64,000 nt of DNA. Origin: Eledone cirrhosa (lineage: Eukaryota). The notes under the pieces are model-generated. The model was not told the DNA's origin. It saw only the letters and a list, made by a program, of their open reading frames with translations, and did no database searches. Where the stretch lies: positions 24,614,001 through 24,678,000 of the forward strand of contig OZ024750.1 of assembly GCA_964016885.1 (NCBI GenBank), written 5' to 3'. The position numbers were made by a program, and so were the translations under genes. Below are positions 41,351 to 55,873 of the stretch, one piece after another (the stretch's first letter is position 1; every line of letters starts with the position of its first letter).

Positions 41351-44002
41351 CATTATACCTAGATAAAAGATATAAATATATAACACATATACTCCAATTT
41401 CTGGTTCACAAATGTATTGTTTCCTCTCCTTTAAATGTTTTTTTCTGCTACGACAATGGCCCTCCTTCTTTGAGCTGGTTGTCACACAAAGCTGGTGTCA
41501 CAAGAGTGTCACACAGACACTCTTGTTTCACTCGTTTTTTATTAATAGAACCATTATAATTAAGGTTGTGTAGTGTGTGCGCGCACACGTATAAATGAAA
41601 ACGGTGAGTCTATTAAATATATGAAAGTGTAAATAAAACACATTTTCAGGTGTGGAAGTTATTTAAATAAATGAAAAAAATAGAGATTAAAAAATCGTTA
41701 TCAGTAATATACTGCTTTTCTGCGCTATTTCTCTTTTTTCATCATAACAGAATTTACGATCGTGGCGCAGAAGATTCTTGAACGATTCTTCAGTTTCAAA
41801 TCCTAAAACTGATTAGATTTTTTTCTCTAACTCACCTCAATCTATCTTTTATTTCTATGCAAGGCTTTTATGATCATAAACATCTTTAGTTGTGTTAGCA
41901 TTAGTTGATGTAATTTCTTTATTTTTAGGGTTGTTTAACTGCGCATGACAGACCAACCGTCAATCTAATTTTCACGAGCTGGTAAATTGTGATAAACGCT
42001 GTTTTGTTTGCTCTCTTTGTTTTCCAAGATAATTAATTCTACTGAAAAGTATTCACTGATTATCGCTGAAATTTGATGGAGATAGATAAGAATATTAGCT
42101 AGAGTTTGTTTTAGTTTTATTTGTTTTATTCATAGACCAATGGACAAAAATAGAAAAAAAAATTAGGTTTTTATCTGATGTCCTATCAGATTCAATGTTT
42201 TAGTTTTTAATTTTTATCAAGTGTAGGATTGCCAGACAAGTAGATGACTATGCTGTTATTTTTTGTGTGGGAGAGGGGTCGCCTTTTGCTACTTTAGAGC
42301 TGTATTTTTTAAAGGTAAGAAGAATCATATTGAATATCATCATCATGTGTATGTGTGTGTGTGTGTGTGTCTGTGTCAGGTGTAATCGGGAGTAACCCCA
42401 GGAAGTAAGGTACTCAATACATAGCAGAGTATAAATTTTTAATATACATATATATTTTTTTCCCAAACTGGTTGACTAAACACACACGTGCTTTCCCTCC
42501 TTAAAAAATTGTTTTCTTCATTTCTTTCTCTTCTATATCCTCCCATTTCTTCTTCTATCTCTTCTTCTATCTTCTGATGAACGACGACTAATATAATAGA
42601 TGGAAAAGGGGCAAAATTATTTTGATAACTCGTTTTAGCTCTGATTAAATAGATATATGAACCATTCAAGCCGTGACCATCCCGTTTTTGTATATTTAGG
42701 ACTTTATATTACCCAGTGTGTTTTCTTTGTCACGGCAAGAAGGTGTACTTTTGCTATTGTTTCTTGCAGGTTTAGCAGCCATGTTGAATTTCTCTTATTA
42801 GCTCGTTGGCTGCCTTGTTAGATCGGAAGCTCATTTGTTGTCATTTAACGTATCATACCAACAGTTTAGTTATTAGGATGCCAGTTTACTAAGTTTCAAC
42901 TGTTCTACGTAACAGTAATATTCAAATTTTCCTTCAAACAAAAATCTGCCATGAACCCACGTAATAGACCAATGTGAGCAATGATTCACAAATGCTTAAA
43001 ACTAAATTCTCAAAAGCTTCATTTATTGAAAGGTCCGCTGTATTTTACCTACTATAAAGGATGACTTTTGGACTGAGGATGGATATAACATTTCGTGATG
43101 AATGATTCTTTTCAAACTAACGTGTATCACAAGTCCTTACAACAGATTTTTCACGCTTCATCAATATTTTCGACCTTATTAACTCTCGCTGTCAGTTATG
43201 TATCGATAGAGTTATGAGAAAAATGAGCAGCTGCCGAAATATCTTGTTTAATATGTTTCTCTTTATCTCAATTATTATTATCAAGCATGAATATTGTTTG
43301 AATAATTATAAATTATTCTAAATGATAGCTATTAAAATTTTCAGATAATATCTCTTAAATTCTTTTATTGGAATTGGCCTACATTTATTTTTAATTTGGA
43401 ATATTATTGTATGTAGATAAACATAATTTTTATGAAAATATCAGTCGTTTAGCTTCGAACAGATAAACTTATTTTAACGAAAATCGTATTTTGTGTTTCA
43501 TAACAAGGCAGAAGTTAATCGATATTAATTAAAACATAGTCGACAGCTGGCATGAAAACAGGTATTTAAATATTCAACTGTAATAATATTGATTTGTAAT
43601 ACATGTACAGGTATTGAACTATTCAACTATAAATATGGATTTATAAATCTTGTACACACATATGCCACAACATGTAGACACACATATGCCATACATGTAT
43701 AAAACGTGTACACACATAAGCCACACATTTATAAAATATGTATACACATATGCTACACATTTATAAATATGTGCACACATATACCACACATGAATAAAAC
43801 ATGTAAACACATATGCTACATATTTTAGAAACAAAGTATAGGCGTCATATCAACTTCAGTACTTGAGTTATTACATCGATAGCAAATTTTTGAAAGGTGA
43901 AGTTGACCCTGGTTGGATTTGAACTTGGAACCTAAAGAAACACCGCAAAGGATGTGGCATGCTACTCTATTACCTCTGTCATCCATCACTCTTGATTTAC
44001 AA

Positions 44003-44218
44003 TAATATTGGTTTCTGATTTAGGCACCACAAGGCCAACAATTTTTGGGAAGGGAAAATCGATTAAATCGACCGCAGTCCATTATTAGTACTTTATTTTA
44101 TCGACCCCATAAGGATGAAAGGCAAAGTTAACCTCGGCAGGATATAAACTCAAATCGTAAAGGGGCGTAACTCTATGCCATAAAACATGTTATCCAACGC
44201 TCCACCGATACTGCCAAT
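44003..44218 (-). mobile_element. SINE family A
   Basis: Full-length reverse copy. A decayed neighbour lies at 43850-43990 and partial copies at 44783-44928 and 44952-45050. Confidence 0.8.
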
Positions 44219-45274
44219 ATTGAAAGCTATATGTTCTCTTTGTGTTACAAAGAAATTTCAAAATCAGTCCATAACGAAAACTGAAAAGATAAATCGTGTA
44301 TAGAAAATCTTGCTATAAACATATCTCATAGAAACATATTTCGGAATGTATTATTTAAATATACAGACAGCGATTACTTTTGCGTTTGTTCTTGGTGTAT
44401 CTATATTCAGATTTAGGTGATAGACTGCCCTAGTTGTTTACCATACCGGGTTGATATATATATTATATATGTCTGTTTATATATGAGTGAGTACGTTAGT
44501 GTATCTATGTGTAAACGTGTTTGTATTTGATGTAGCTAAATCGATGAAGTTATCAACAATCTCTACATTGAAACACTTCAATCGTATAAAGTTGCCAAAT
44601 ACAGGAGTGTAAGCTTCTTTATGTTGCACCGCTCCTTAGAACAATCATCATTTCCTTAAATTCCACTTTAGTCTACTTTAGTACAAACATTATCCCAAAA
44701 TAACATATTGCGTGATAGATAGAGAAGTAATGACATAAATTTAAAACAATAGTTGTAGATTTAAGAGTACTACTGTCAGCGTGATAATTATTTCTATTAG
44801 AGGCGCAAGGCCAGCAATTTGAAGGGGAGGGGAAAGTCAATTAAATCGACTCCAGTACATTACTGGTATATTATTTTATCGACTCCGTAAGGATGAAAGG
44901 CAAAACTAACCTCGGCGGGATTTGAACCGAGTTTAACTATGCCTGTCAGAGTAATAATTGTTTCTACTTTTGGCACAAGGCCAGCAATTACCCAGTGTAT
45001 TACTGGTACTTTATTTTATCGACCCTGTAAGTTAACCTCGGCGAGATTTGTAGAAAATGGGCAATGAGAAGAAGAATACTTTTGAAACTTTGATCTGCGA
45101 TTTTGGATCAGGTTTACTTTGTCACAACTACAGCTCAAAATTTAGCAAAGTTATGTTCTTCTCTCAGTATAGTGTTTATAATACACAATACAACTATATC
45201 CTATTCTAAGTAGATGCCCCGTTAGATAATAGAAATAACTCAACATTAAATTTGACTTCAAATACACACGCACG

Positions 45275-45325
<51 letters not shown>

Positions 45326-45349
45326 ACGCACACACACACACACACACAA

Positions 45350-45850
45350 AGCACTTCTAAATGGATTTAACACAAACATTCAATTTACTATGGAATACAT
45401 CCATCAACAAATTCCTTTCCTCGACATCCTTATTAAGAAAACTAACAACAAAATAGAAACACATATACTATAAGCCTACGGACTTATAACTTCCGTTCAA
45501 CTAATGCCACCCGAGACACTAAAATGAATATCCCTTACAATAGTATCTGATAGAAACACCTGTTACATACGACTACAAGAACTAAAGGATACACTCATCA
45601 GCAGAAATTACCCACCACCCCTAATTAACAATGGATTCTAACGTGCACTAAGACTGACTATCCAGGAACTTAGACACCCCAAACTAAAGAATGAATCGAA
45701 ACTGAAAGCACTACCATACCTCTCCACACACAACCCCCTTATCAATGAGGCCTTCGACACCATCCTTCAGAACATTCCTTTACTAGAAAGGGATCATAGA
45801 TGAACCAAATCCTTCAAACGCACATCATAAAGAGCAAAAGACAACCTACT
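45350..45850 (+). pseudogene. Degraded Penelope-like element RT C-terminal region
   Basis: [29 protein letters not shown]...IETH, then (frameshifted) YKPTD and ..NYPPPLI.., LPYL, matching PLE RT/thumb motifs. Confidence 0.75.
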
Positions 45851-46218
45851 TTTTCTTCTGAAATTGTAGTCAACAGCCAGTCCGACAGTAACAGGGAACA
45901 AACCAACTTCTATTTTAGCTGCTACTACCACCAAACCACCAAGGAGGAGAGAGAGAGACGCGAAAATGTGAACTTTTATATATATGTAAACTATATTCTC
46001 TATTGCTCTCTTCTAATTGATATACACCTTAATTTTATTATATACTTTTTATCATTTTCCTGTAGCAGGAAAAAGCCGAAACAACTATCGGCTGAAGCCG
46101 GTACGATAAATTACTTTTAAAAAAAGGTTTTGCTGTTATTCTATGAGAAAATCCTATTAGCATTTTCCACTTTTTTCTTATTTTCTTAATATATATCAAC
46201 TCGTGTGTCACTTCTCAA

Positions 46219-46326
<108 letters not shown>

Positions 46327-46598
46327 AACAAAGGGAGAAGAATACTGTATGGTTGCACATGGATTACATATTATAAAATTAGTCCCTCATCAGTGATTTG
46401 CCAACCATCATTGGTATTTCATCGCATTAAAAATCAGATACCTCAGGTTGGTGCGAGCAATAACTAAAATAAGCTATTGGGACAAGTGAAACGCGTAAAG
46501 CGAGTGAGACAAGTAAACAACAGAAATAACAACACAATCTGTACAGTATATGGAAGGAATATATTAGGTTAACGCTTAAAATAGCGGGAAGAGGGTCT

Positions 46599-46627
46599 TA
46601 ACGTTTCGGACGCTAGTCCTTCCTCAG
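46599..46627 (-). ncRNA. Minimal type I hammerhead ribozyme
   Basis: uuuu-CUGAGGA-A-GGAC-uagc-GUCC-GAAA-CG-UU-aaga. The core is intact with a 4-bp GC-rich stem II. Confidence 0.7.
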
Positions 46628-46687
46628 AAAAAAGAATGAGATTTTAGATAGATTGAAGGGGAATTGGATGGAATTGGAAAAAATGTC

Positions 46688-46722
<35 letters not shown>

Positions 46723-46887
46723 GAAAAAATATGACCCCGACGGCAGAGCTCAAGGCGTTTCGACGGCTATTTCTGGTGCGTTATGGTCCATCTGGTTCCT
46801 TACCACAACTCCTTCGTTATATATATATATATATATACATATATAAAATCCCTGTTCTAAAACAAACGCATTTATGTTTAAAATATG

Positions 46888-46920
<33 letters not shown>

Positions 46921-47479
46921 ATGCATTTGTATTAAAGTACAATGAACGTTCATGGTATTGTATTTAAGGTGCATTGGTTACTTTAGTATTATAAATAGCT
47001 GTATTTGCATTAATCTAAATATCTATTGGTGATTCTGTGATCTGTTGTAGGACAAAACGTCTCGTTAGAATGATTGCTAAATAAATCTCACGTGATTAAT
47101 GATGGCGGTATAAGAATCTCATGAAACAGTCTCATAGATTATTATAATTCTTCTAGCAACAACACTGCATTATGTCTTTCAGAACATACACAGTAATTAT
47201 TTCAATGAGATACGAACTCGCAGTCCGGAAATATACAATCTCGTCTGACGCATTATATCTAATATATCATTATGTTTTGACGTTCTCAAAATGTGATGTT
47301 ATCTATATTAGTATTATCGAGATTAGATATTAGGGTTATAAAAGCTACAAGGCAATAACTACATTACTATTTCTTGAACAAACACACTCTCGCGCATGCG
47401 CATACATATTCATATGAATATTTACTTGTGCGTTCATGCGGATGTGAAGGTATATTCAATATATATTCAATATATATCT

Positions 47480-47696
47480 AAGGCGTTTGGCTGAGTGGTT
47501 AGAGAATTGGATTCACAATCTTGAGGTTGTGAGTTCGATTCCTGGACCAGGCGATGCGTTATGTCCTTGAGCAAGACACTTTATTTCACGTTGCTCCTTC
47601 TACCTGGAGTTGCGACCGATAGATAGTACTAGCAACTGGAAAGACCAACGGAAACATTGTTTCCTCGGTCCGATTTGACGAAAGTCGATCGATTGA
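47480..47696 (+). mobile_element. SINE family B (CORE-like)
   Basis: TGGCTGAGTGG, GAGTTCGATTCC, TGTCCTTGAGCAAGACAC. Confidence 0.85.
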
Positions 47697-48027
47697 AAAT
47701 ATATCTATGTATTAGAGCACTGGATTGGCAATGATCGGTAGAACGTTGGACAAAATGCTTTGCAGCATTTTGGTATCGACCCTCTACGTCGTGTGTTCAA
47801 ATTCCGCCGAGGTCAGCTCTGTCTTTCATCCTTCCGTGGTCGATAAAATAAAGTATCAGTCAATTACGTTGTTGATCTCTCAAATTTCTTAGTTAAACTA
47901 ATGTACTTTATATACTACATCTTGTGTTTAATGTTTATTTTACTGGCATTTCAATGCTTGTATATATTATATGTTCGTAGTTGATGAGTTAGTTAACGAC
48001 TGATGTCTGCTGTATATTATTATATGG

Positions 48028-48210
48028 ATGGCAGTATCGGTAGAGGGTCGGACGCCATGCTTTGCAGCAAAGAGTTACGTCCCTTGCTATTCTGAGTTCA
48101 AATCACGCCGAGGTTAACTTTGCCTTTCATCCTTATGGGGTCGATAAAATAAAGTACCAGTAATACACTGGGATAATTGCTGGCCTTGTGCCAAAAGTAG
48201 AAACAATTAT
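48028..48210 (+). mobile_element. SINE family A
   Basis: A/B boxes, core and tail. An older copy lies at 47720-47860. Confidence 0.85.
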
Positions 48211-49574
48211 TATATCCTGTTGAATGGTGTACGTCTGAGACATAGAAGCGAAATATAATTCTGATTCGTCTAGAAAAATATTTAAATGACTGTTGTCTTT
48301 TAAAATGAAGACTATTGTAATATAGCGTGTATTTACTTGATTGCTTTGTTAGGTGATGAGTTCTTGGGAAGTTGACTGTATCTTGGTGATTTTTTTTATA
48401 TCAATCTGAAGACGCGTTAAAAAATATACTTAATGTCAGAAATTGTACATGTAAAAAATGGTGTCTATTTTCTTCTGTCTTTTAAGGAATAGAACTATAA
48501 TGTCCTTCTGATGTTTTACTATCGTTGTTTCCATAGAGAATTGTTTGTTCTAGTCTTTCTATGAAATTTATTTGTCTATAGTTTTGAAGGGTAATTTGTA
48601 TAGCCCAAAGTCAACAGAATCCAGGTTGATAGCTTCCAATATGTTAGTATCAGAAAAAATTGTGTAGTGAAGGATGCATTATTGATTCTTGTGATGTCGA
48701 TGTCCTGGCCTGAATTTCTGTTTTGGGTAGGTTCATAAGACCTCCACTTTAATCACACTTGATTAACATGTCTCTTCTCCTATCACCCTTGTCTTATTTT
48801 CAAGATCCTGCAAAGCGACTCACTGGAATTCTCTCCCCTTTTACGTTTTTGTTTTTGTTTTTCTATAATCATAAATCTACAAATAAACCAAACTAAATAT
48901 CAACCACATCAATCTCTCCAAATTTTCTCTGATAAACAGAAAAAAACTGTACTGAAATGTAAGTATTCAATATAAGAGCAAAACTATAAATATTTCAGAT
49001 AAGTGTTCTACTTCTTCAGTGAAAAATTGCAACAGGCTTTCAATGTGTTAAGTGGCATTATTTCCACTTAGTTCTTCCTAATGTTGAATAATGATTTCTT
49101 ACAGAGGTACAATAGCCAGAGACTTTCACAGAAACTAACACAAACTATCATTCATTCGTTTCTGAAAAAATAACATTAGTGAAATATGTAAAACGAAATG
49201 GCTCCAACCAAGAATCGAAATTAATTTGGCCGCCCCGGCGCGCTTTAAGCTTATCTTGTCTTCCACGACACCATGATATTACGAGAGAGGGGAAAAGAGG
49301 AAGTGAATACTAACATTTACATCACATCCCATATTAAAATAACAATTTTTAGATGCCAAGCAATCAGGTATGTTTATATAAAAACCCAATCGCCAAGATT
49401 AGTAATAAATTGCCTAACACATGCAAGGAATGAAGTTATGAGAACTTTTATTAATCTTCCCATTCCGATGTGAGAGCAATGCAGAACAGCTCTATTAGAA
49501 AGGAAGAATTTTCGGGAAATATTTTGGAATATAAACAATGTAAAAGAATAGTTAATAGTATTTGTATGAGTCCT

Positions 49575-49713
<139 letters not shown>

Positions 49714-50110
49714 GCTATTTATTTTCTTATTCTTTACTTCTTTCATTTGAATCTTATATCTCCACATCGGGAGTGTACGTTAAATACATTGTGAACTAAT
49801 TCTATACACACAAACACGGGCAGAGCTGAAGGTTTACAAAGTTCGATTCACACCCACGTTTTTACGGGTTCCATTCCATTGCGTGACATCTTGGATAAGT
49901 GTTTCCCAATATAGATATACGTGGGTCTAGCAAAGGAATATATATATATTAGAAAGTGAGGTTTTTTTACAAAATGAAAAAAATCAGGTGTCCTACACGA
50001 GTGAAAGTATAAGGAAAAAGATGAAATCGAAAATGCAACTGGAGTCTTTTTTTTTTTTAAATATATTTATTTGGTTCCTTTGCCGGCTTCGCAGTTCTTG
50101 TGCTTTTCAA

Positions 50111-50142
50111 AAGTAGAATTGAGATGGAGGGTCTTTGGTTTT

Positions 50143-50208
<66 letters not shown>

Positions 50209-50240
50209 AAAACCACAGACCCTCCATCTCAATTCTACTT
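50111..50240. repeat. 36-bp inverted repeats flanking a (TA)n tract
   Basis: AAGTAGAATTGAGATGGAGGGTCTTTGGTTTTTCTC-(AT)n-GAGAAAAACCACAGACCCTCCATCTCAATTCTACTT. Confidence 0.9.
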
Positions 50241-50405
50241 ATATATATATATATCCAGGGAGTGTAACATGAAGTTACTATAGGTTCACCCAAGTGAGGA
50301 CCCGGTGTTTAGGTTCACGGCAGTGGCGAAGTGTAGAGATAAGCAGAGTGTAATATAATAATTCAAGGATGATTTGTTAAGCCTTCATTACAATTATTGA
50401 TTGGT

Positions 50406-50436
50406 GACGCGCGTTTCGCTATTGATCAGCTCATGG
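50406..50436 (-). ncRNA. Decayed minimal hammerhead in Penelope-like 3' fragment (50255-50485)
   Basis: ccAUGA-GCUG-aucaa-UAGC-GAAA-CGCGCG-UC. The CUG of the core is altered. Confidence 0.5.
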
Positions 50437-50481
50437 TTCAATCTGTATTGATCTGACCCGACTCTGGAATCAAATGCTCAT

Positions 50482-50573
<92 letters not shown>

Positions 50574-50709
50574 TGTGTGTTTGTACGTATGTATGTATAT
50601 GCATGTAATAATGTGTATACGTGTGAAAAAAGATATGATGTCTTTTTGAACAACACGAGTTTATGAAGCTAGTATTTAGGCCTGGTTTCAGTAAATGAGA
50701 GACATGGTA

Positions 50710-50857
50710 TTCCATTGATAGAATGTCACTCTATCTCTCTGTAGTATTGCCTCTTCCATTGATAGAATGTCACTCTATGTCTCTATAGTATTGGCTCTTC
50801 CATTGATAGAATGTCACTCTATGTCTCTATAGTATTGTCTCCTCCATTGATAGAATA
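50710..50857. repeat. 44-bp tandem repeat x3
   Basis: Unit TTCCATTGATAGAATGTCACTCTATGTCTCTATAGTATTG.CTC. Confidence 0.85.
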
Positions 50858-51427
50858 CCACAATCATAATAAACTATTTGCTTTCCAGTTTCTGTTATTT
50901 GTTTATATTTTTCATTTATTATATAAAATGCAGAGAGAAAAAAGTGAGGCGAATCCATAAAACACCGGAGCAGACTTTGTATCTGTGTCTCATTATTCGT
51001 TATCCCTCTGGGGAATGTCTTATCTTACATTACACCGCCATCGATTCATTTGACTATTATACTTTTCTATAAAACTTTATTGATTGTGATCAATAAAAAG
51101 GAATCTATAGTGATGTAGAAGCGCATACGCAAAGGAAAAAATACATTACTTAAAGTAAATAGATTTTCTTTAGATTTTCATGATGAGTAAGTATGGCAGG
51201 TATTCGATCGATGGCATTACTTGTTCATTCAATTATAATACAAATGGTTGAGTATTCCACTGGCACTTGTAACATTAACCTAATACTGAAGCAAAATCAA
51301 CGTGACACTGTTTGTGAGAAGGACAGTCCTTTGAATAACAGGTACAGTCGATCCAATGTGTTCCGCACAATATGTCTGCCCAATTTCACTCACCTGATTT
51401 GGTTTGATTCAATGTCTTGGTAAAAGA

Positions 51428-51928
51428 CATTTGTCCAAGGTACCACACACTGATATCAAATACAGGACCACATTTGTCCAAGATATCACACACTGATATC
51501 AAACATAAGACCACATTTGTCCAAGGTATCACCCACTGATATCAAACTCAGGACCACATTTGTCCAAGGTACCACACACAGATATCAAACAGATATCAAA
51601 CACAAGACCACATTTTACCACACACTGATATCAAACATAGGACCACATTTGTCCAATATATGACACACAGATATCAAACAGGACCACATTTGTCCAAGAT
51701 ATCACACAATGATATCAAACACAGGACCACCTTTGTCCAAGGTATCACACACTGATATCAAACTCAGGACCACATTTGTCCAAGGTACCACACACAGATA
51801 TCAAACACAGGACCACATTTGTCGAAGATATCACACAATGATATCAAACATAAGACCACATTTGTCCAAGATACCACACAAAGATATCAAACCTAGGACC
51901 ACATTTGTCCAAGATACCACACACAGAT
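51428..51928. repeat. ~43-bp minisatellite (~11 copies)
   Basis: Unit CATTTGTCCAAGGTAYCACACACTGATATCAAACAYAGGACCA. Confidence 0.9.
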
Positions 51929-52860
51929 TATACACACCATGGAGATACACACACATATATATATATATATGTGTCTGCGTGGTGTCTAAGTATATGTGTG
52001 TGAATATGTACGTATCTATGTGTCTCCATCTGTGTGTGTGTGTGTGTGTGTTGCTTCGTATGTCCTCATAGAAATTGATATATTCTTTGTTTAAAATGCT
52101 TTAATCTTCCTTTATAGGATCTTACGAAGTAATTTTAATTAGGGCATCTTGACTCAATCCAACGCTGTTGGTGTTGAGAAATCATAACCTCAAACACATA
52201 ATTCTTTCTGTCATTGGCACAAGTCCAGCAACACTTTTCTTTGTGGGGGGGGGGGGGAGCGGGGGCGTCGATTATCCCGATCCCAGCTTTATGCAATCAC
52301 GCACACAAACATATATATTTGGAAGGATATTTATTTATCCATACAATGTCTTCAATACATTATACTTGCTTTCAAATATTCATTATAACTTATTTCGATA
52401 AATAAAAGTCACCAGATAATACATAAACACAAACCTACCTATATATATAATATATGAATGAAGCTATTGAAATCCAGTATTTCAATTAATCAATTAGAAC
52501 AATAGGATAAGGGGTATTTATTTGAGTAAAGATTATGCCTAATCTATATATATTTCTATGAATGTGTACCTCTTCTTTATTTAAATGTAGATCTATAATT
52601 AAGACAGAAGAATCTTTTGTAGGTACTTAAACAATCACTTAAGTCAAATGCTGATCATTTGAAAATATTTACATATAAGAAAAATCCTGCTCATCAGTAA
52701 AGTGTTGAACATTCAGATTATTTATCTATTCAGGAACTCAATCGTAACTTTTAAAGGATTATATATAAAAATATGTTTGTGAGTGTGTGTGTGTGTAATT
52801 TTTTTTATTAGCTGAGATTTACCCAGGAGTAATTCTAGGGTCTCGGACTTGTGCCCATGT

Positions 52861-53041
52861 ATTGGCAGTATCGGTAGAGGGTCGGACGCCATGCTTTGAC
52901 GCATAGAGTTACGGCCCTTGCCATTCTGAGTTCAAATCCCGCCGAGGTTAACTTTGCCTTTCTTCCTTACGGGGTCGATAAAATTGAGTACCAGTAATGT
53001 ACTGGGTAATTGCTGGCCTTGTGCCAAACGTAGAAACAATT
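52861..53041 (+). mobile_element. SINE family A
   Basis: A/B boxes, core and tail. Confidence 0.85.
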
Positions 53042-54336
53042 AATTGTAGTTATTGTAGTTATTATTATTGTCGTCGTATATTTTGTGTATTAGTTTATGT
53101 TGTATGTTTTTGCTTTAGAATGTCTAAATCTTTATTGCAGCTTCGGCTACAAAGATAATTTTCTTTATTAAATGACAATTGCTCTAAATTGAATAGAATT
53201 GCATTGAATATCCTCGTAGAGTGGTGAATATGCAATAAAGATTAGGAAAATGTGTGAAATGAAACGGAGTGTATTCCCTCTTCTAGAAATAAATTGTCGA
53301 TGTAATAAATCAATATTTATTGAATAATATCGTGATATTGATGGCTGAAAAGTAGAGATGAACTAAGTGTATTATATTTCATTCCTGTCAGTTAAGAATC
53401 CAAAATCTCGCTAGAACCGGCTTTGTTTAAAGAATATTTCGTAATGTTAAAAAAAACAAATCAGATCTGAGTTCCATCTTCCCGTTAAACAACAGGGAAT
53501 ACAACTCCTGGTGGTTGCTTATTTCCTTTTCTGAATAGACTTGGCTAATCTGAAATGGAGCATCTTTTACAAGTGCTTCCTGTCCCAGGAATCAAACCCA
53601 CGACCATACAATTAATTATGAGCAAAATACCCTAATCACTAGCTCACGCAGTTTCTATATTGAGAATTGCAGGATAAATAAATGAATACTGGAATCTTCT
53701 ATATCTTTCCACTTACAAACTTGGTACTGTGTTTAATCAAAATATGGGCAACTTTTTTCGAGCAGCGGACTGCATGAGTTACGGCTCATTATAAGGCAAG
53801 CTGCATTAGATGTGGTTCATTATAAGGCAGGCCGCATTAGATATGGCTCATCATAAGGCAGGTCACACTGCTAAATTAGGCCTGCCATTCAGAAAGCCAA
53901 ACGGGCCGCAGTTTACTCATGACTGCTTTGTGGATTGTTAGATTATCGAATCCGACGTTACAACTTACACATTTCTGTCTGCGTAATTGACTCGTTGAAA
54001 CATAAATAATCCACATTATCCAGTTCCACCGTTAAAATGGAGGTTCGGCTTTAATCAGTGAATGGAATTCTCACGCTCCATATTCCTACAATTCATAGAA
54101 TTACAATCTAGTTTGGTAAATGACTCGAGATTTTCTGTTTGTGATTGACATCTGCTATTGTGACCTTCAAATAAAAACTCACATTATAGGTCAAATCCAT
54201 TTTATTTCAGCCTCCTCTCTTCCTAATTATTTATAAATAGCAAACCTTGGAAATTCTGGGATGCGTTTTAAATAAACAGACCGAATAAACATCATTAGAT
54301 TTTTTTTTACTATAGATACACTAAAAATGAGTTGCG

Positions 54337-54625
54337 ATCCTGCCAAATCAATGGGTGGCAGTAGTTCCAGCTGCACGCATCGAAAGACTGGTGTAGTGGT
54401 TCTGAGAACAATGAGGCTTTGCAGATGATCCATGCAAATTGATAATGGAAAAGCGCTCACGCTCGAGTTAGAAGACAACTATTGACCTTCGGGAGAAGCA
54501 GCGAGCCCTGATTATATTCAGCAACCGAAACAAGTATGAAGTACACCAAATCCAATGCTCCTAGAGGTGGCCCTGGGTCTTCTTATTTGCGAGTGTAAAC
54601 TCGGCCAGATTAGATTAGATTAGAT
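54337..54625 (+). mobile_element. 5'-truncated copy of the (GATTA)n-tailed element
   Basis: Matches 41068-41350 and ends AGATTAGATTAGATTAGATA. Confidence 0.75.
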
Positions 54626-54866
54626 ATTGTGGGGATGAAATGGTAATTTACAACATTCATCCCTTTGTCATATGTTTTATTGAAATTAATTAGCTTCAAC
54701 CGTTATTTGGATTCATTTTTGCGGAGTCGCTCCACCAATCCCTAAAACATTGTCACCTTAGGCAAGTCATAAATAATGAAATAGGTAAAACTACGCTCGC
54801 AGATCATCTTTGACGTTCATATACAACAAACAAGTGGTATATCTTTAAAGTAAACACTCACCAACA

Positions 54867-55873
54867 TCTCTCTATATAACATTCTTTGTCTGTCTGTCTG
54901 TCTCTCAGTCTGTCTGTCGGTTCCAATGCATTCTCATTTGGCTGAACCAAATAAAATCAAATTTTACAAGGTAATAGACCCCGGGAGTGTCAACGTGTAA
55001 TTTTAATTTTTATTTGGATTAAAATAATATAATATTTTATCTAAACTAACATTTCTATAGTAAACCACGACGACGACGACGAGTCATATTTTGTATATGA
55101 GTGTGTATGTGTCTGTGAATGTGAGTGTGTATTTGCGAGTTCGTTACTACTTAAGTTGCATACACATCTTCACACACAATTAAACACATACACACACATC
55201 TACACATACAGATACATATGTGATGACAGACAGGTGTGCGTGAATGTATGTCTGTTTGTGTCTGTCTTAATATATGTAAGTGAGTGTATGTGAGAGTATG
55301 TGTCTGTGTGAGTACATGTCTGTATGAGTGTATGTGAGAGTGTATGTGTGTGTGAGTGTATGTGTATGTGAGTGTATGTGTGTGTGAGTGTATGTGTGAT
55401 AATTTTTATTTTCATTTGCATTAAAACAATAGAAAACAACACACCAATGTCACATTTTGTATATGAATATGTATGTGTCTGTTAGTGTGTGGGTGAGCGT
55501 TCATTAGGTACGTGATTAAATACACACACACATCTACACATATGTAGCAACTGACCAAAAATGAGACGAAAAGCTATGCGCGTGTCTGCGTGAATGTATG
55601 TCTGTGTGTGTCTGTCTTAGTATATGTATATGAGAGTGTATGTGTGTGAGTGTGTAGCAACAATTTATTCATTTGGACACCAACAAAAAATTACACAATG
55701 AATATTGTTTACCATAAGGTGCTTCAAGATTGACAGATTTTTATTTCTAAAAAATAAAATATAGATATTTTGAAATAATTATGAGAGAAAAAAAAAACAT
55801 GTCTTCATATTTATTGTTTACTAATCTGAATAAGAACAGCAGTAACCCGGGCAACGCCGGGTAATTCAACTAG
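54867..55873 (+). mobile_element. Non-autonomous Helitron
   Basis: A|TC start, (GTCT)n near the 5' end, subterminal hairpin ACCCGGGCAACGCCGGGT, CTAG|T end, no TSD. Confidence 0.75.

Noticed and set aside
46385-46500. Additional hammerhead (CTGATGA on minus strand, GAAACGCGTA on plus strand)
   Set aside because: The two halves are on opposite strands and have no connecting stem II.
47480-47560. tRNA gene
   Set aside because: A/B boxes are present but continue into a repeated SINE body (3 copies), and I saw no complete acceptor stem. The same applies to family A heads.
48400-48830. Possible L1/Tx1-like fragment on the minus strand (GGLMNLP)
   Set aside because: Only one weak motif, too degraded to call.
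53737-53925. Possible hAT-type MITE (ATGGGCAAC...GGGCCGCAGTTT)
   Set aside because: TIRs are too decayed and no 8-bp TSD is visible.
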